From an uncultured Chloroflexia bacterium (GTDB lineage: Bacteria; Chloroflexota; Limnocylindria; Limnocylindrales; CSP1-4): DNA of 64,000 nt. The DNA lies in assembly GCA_963823925.1 (NCBI GenBank), contig CAWGNI010000007.1:219333-283332 (forward strand). Direction: 5' to 3'. The position numbers and the translations under genes were made by a program. Under the pieces are notes generated by a model. The model was not told where the DNA came from and did no database searches. It worked only from the letters and a program-made list of their open reading frames with translations. Of this stretch, positions 61,419 through 64,000 are shown piece after piece (position 1 is the stretch's first letter; every line of letters starts with the position of its first letter).

Positions 61419-62277
61419 TCAACTGGCGGATGCCTCAGCGTCGATGCGCGCGATCAAGGAGTTCGTCCAGTTGACCGCTTCCTCGACTGTCGCGAAGACG
61501 TCCAGTCCTTCGGAGGCGACCGCGTAGAGCGTTTCCCAATCACCGTGCGCGACGACGACAGGTGGCCACGACTGGGCCCGCCGGGATTCGAACAGCCGCC
61601 GCGCAGTCGTCTGTACTCGGCCGAGGTCGGGCTCCTCCTCGCGGACGAGGATCTGCAGATCGACGAGGTCGTGGGCGCGGTCGTTTTCGCCATTCCGATC
61701 CAGCCACGTACAGGCGTGAAGCTTCTGGGCCATCTGATGGTCGACCCGCAGGAGCGCGATCGGCGCAGGCGCTGGCAGGCCGATCCGGGCGAACAGCTCC
61801 GTGATGGCCGGCGACATCCGGACGTCCGGCTCGACCGTGCTGCCGACTTCGTCGCGCCCCAGTTCGAATGGGACGTTGAACCAGAAGCTGCCGCGGTAAC
61901 TGAGTTGGATCTGAAATGGGCGCATGACGTAGTCCGGTGGAACGTCGATCGGGCTCGGACTTGGTGTCTGGCGCACTGTTCCGGTGAAGCCCGCCCACCC
62001 GGCCGCGAGCCGCTCGTCGAGTTGGTCGAGGTAGGCCTCGATCGAGAGCTCCGCCGCCCTCGCGGCGTCGAGGTCCCGAGTCGCTCGGGATTCCGCATCA
62101 CCCAGCCGTATCTGCATCGCCGCTCCGCCCTTGACGACTCCGGGAGGGAGCATCTGCCCGACGACGGTGTCAGCGACGATGACCTCGAGGCGGCGTGTCA
62201 GGCGCCCGGTTGCTGTCGCGGCGTTGCGGATCCGCGCCGTGAGCGAGGTGAGGTTCCGCGGCGGGTCGAGTGGTCAA
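61419..62277 (-). pseudogene. AbiEii/AbiGii-family nucleotidyltransferase toxin (DUF1814), N-terminal frame change
   Basis: ...LTSLTARIRNAATATGRLTRRLEVIVADTVVGQMLPPGVVKGGAAMQIRLG...DLD... has no start codon in its own frame after the abiEi stop. A TTG (62277) overlapping that stop as TTGA is in the neighbouring frame. Confidence 0.75.
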
Positions 62278-62837
62278 GCGGTGTCCGTCGCGCCGGGGCC
62301 GAGCTCGGCCAGGACCTCGTCGACCTCCCGTCTCCGGAGTAGGCCGCGCTCAGCCGCTTCGCGAGCCGCAGCGATGAGTCGATCTCGCATCACGACCCCG
62401 CGCGCATCCCGGATGGCGCGCGCCAGGGTGGTCGTCGGGATGCCCTCATAGGTGGTTAGGTCGTCAGGTCGATCGTGCCGTGGCACGACCTCGATGGTCT
62501 CGGGCAAGGTCCGGCGAGCTCGCTTTGGCGTCCCGATTCGGATGCGCGCCGGATTGACGTCGGCGAGACCGTGGAGCGCCAAGACCGCATCCCCAACGAG
62601 ATGTGCGCCGTCGCCCACAGCAAGGACAGCCTCCATGAACTCGTCGCGACCGGTCACCGGCACGTCGTCGAAACGGTAGAGGCCGTGTCCGTGCCGGGTT
62701 AGCCCGCCGCGCGCGGCGAGCTGGCGGACCGCCCAGGCAGGCACATCGAGGTCGTCCGCGTCACCGGTGGTTACGTATCCGTATTGATCGAGGGCACGCT
62801 CGTGCAGTTGCCGTCGGTAGGTTGTTGCTAGTGCCAT
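62274..62837 (-). CDS. AbiEi-family antitoxin / transcriptional regulator (type IV TA)
   Basis: N-terminal wHTH-like LHERALDQYGYVTTGDADDLDVPAWAVRQLAARGGLTRHGHGLYRF plus a C-terminal domain. It lies directly upstream of the DUF1814 gene. Confidence 0.8.
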   Translation of the reverse strand: MALATTYRRQLHERALDQYGYVTTGDADDLDVPAWAVRQLAARGGLTRHGHGLYRFDDVPVTGRDEFMEAVLAVGDGAHLVGDAVLALHGLADVNPARIRIGTPKRARRTLPETIEVVPRHDRPDDLTTYEGIPTTTLARAIRDARGVVMRDRLIAAAREAAERGLLRRREVDEVLAELGPGATDTA

Positions 62838-62870
62838 CCCGTGAGTTCCCTTGCCAATACCGTAGTGAAA

Positions 62871-62899
62871 ACGCTACGCTATTGACAACCTTGTGTCAA
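62871..62899 (-). promoter_or_regulatory. abiE promoter with palindromic -35 (operator candidate)
   Basis: Minus strand: TTGACA (62899-62894), 17 nt, TAGCGT (62876-62871). The -35 is one arm of the palindrome TTGACAaccttgTGTCAA (62882-62899). Confidence 0.55.
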
Positions 62900-63801
62900 G
62901 AGAGTTCCCATGCACCCTCGCAGCGGCCACGCGGTCGTCCAGGAAAGCCATGAGATCCCGCTACGCAGCCTTCCCCGCGCACCGCGGGCAATCTCTTCGA
63001 GCCGCACCGCAAGGCGAGGAATGGTCGCCTCGAGGATCGATCTCGGCCTTCGGACTGTCCTGTCATCGTAGCGGAGGAGCCAAGGGTCGTGCGAGACACC
63101 GATGCCTATCTTGAGCAGCCGAATGCACCAATTTCGCTGGTCATTGGCCCCGTCGCAACAAAGTCGCGCCTGTTCGATCTCAGCCTTGAGGCCGGCACCA
63201 TCTGCAGCGGCAAGCGATTGCCAGGAAATTCCAGATGGATATTGACCCAGAAGGGTGTCCAACGCCGCAAGGGCGCGAGGAGGGTCGGAGTTGCGATTGT
63301 CGTCCCATTCGAAGGCCCACGTGCAAAACCAGGCGTTGCCAGCTGCGTGGGCTCGTTGGACTTGGCCCCGAGGCAGAGGCGGAATCGGCTGAGGATCGAG
63401 CGTTGCGGTTCCTCGGACGGCCCGCCGCGCTTAGCCTCGTGATCGGCCAGGATGGTGAGGATGTAACCTGCGCCGGTCCTGGACGTCGCCCGGATCCGCC
63501 ATCTGTTGGTCGCGAGTTCGCGGGCGACCGGCTCGACATCGCGGACGAACGTGGTCACGTCCTCGCGCAGCACGTCCAGTCGCTTGAAGTCCCACCGGTC
63601 GATCGCGCCTCCGCCCATGCTGTCGCGGGATCGCGCGACCTCGGCCTGCATGCCCTCCAGGAGTAGCTCGGTGGCGAACGACGTCAGCGCCAGGCACATC
63701 TCGTCGCTGATCCGATTGAGCCAGCCGAAAGGGGTGGCGCCTCCATACATCTCCTGGTGTTCGTCGGAGTCAGTCAAGAAGTCGCCCTCGCGGCCGGCCA
63801 A
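62879..63801 (-). pseudogene. Hypothetical protein (about 307 aa if joined), one frame change near 63325-63345
   Basis: ORF 63106..63801 (...ILADHEAKRGGPSEEPQRSIL...EPTQLATPG) continues as WFCTWAFEWDDNRNSDPPRALAALDTLLGQYPSGISW... in the frame of ORF 62879..63262. The TTG start is uncertain. No family was recognised. Confidence 0.5.
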
Positions 63802-64000
63802 TCACCACTGCGCTCGGAGTCGCTCGTCGTCATCGACGCGGAGGCGCAGCCCGGAACAGCGGCGATGAGGCGCGACAGAGAATCGTGCTCAACCCGACCC
63901 GAGCCCGTAACCCAACTCGCTACGCTCTATACGTGCGGGCGCCGTCTGGACCGGACTCCCGGCCCGAGGATTCGCTTCGGGCGACGTTCATGGTGCGACA

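Overview
High-GC, actinobacterium-like chromosomal window. It is densely coding: about 60 protein genes, two tRNA-Pro genes and one IS element.

Left third (1-17.7 kb): second-messenger and nucleotide housekeeping (GAF-GGDEF, c-di-AMP receptor DarA, NUDIX, GuaB3, truncated haemoglobin, GuaA). This is followed by a UPF0182 membrane protein, several zinc-ribbon membrane proteins, a CPBP protease and RadC-MreB-MreC.

Middle (about 17.8-42.7 kb): a large cell-envelope glycopolymer region.
- rmlA-B-D-C.
- Two large secreted FlgD-Ig-repeat proteins: a clan-CD-like peptidase candidate and a GH18 enzyme.
- A Ppm1-like GT2, a GT4 and a DUF3048 lipoprotein.
- An IS481-like insertion and a 15-residue-repeat protein.
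- Three TagF-like CDP-alditol phosphotransferases with an IspD/TarI-like cytidylyltransferase plus an SDR.
- A SurA/PrsA-like PPIase, MazG, RNase PH, RdgB and an LCP ligase.

Right third:
- A PadR/ester-cyclase pair and tRNA-Pro(UGG).
- ADH, threonine aldolase, LLM oxidoreductase, Lrp and GGDEF.
- A transsulfuration enzyme, ResB, type III glutamine synthetase, MFS and an internally duplicated lipoprotein.
- tRNA-Pro(CGG), followed by a visibly more AT-rich accessory segment. That segment is bounded by a 17-bp copy of the tRNA 3' end and carries a secreted metalloprotease operon.
- An AbiE toxin-antitoxin module and an unknown gene.

Main caveat: at least 20 genes have their reading frame broken one or more times. 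The homologous protein continues in another frame each time, and almost every break is equivalent to a single-base insertion. I label these genes as pseudogene as written, but an indel-prone assembly is the more likely cause.

The best candidate for something new is the tRNA-Pro(CGG)-associated accessory region (59-64 kb). No CRISPR array or rRNA gene was seen.
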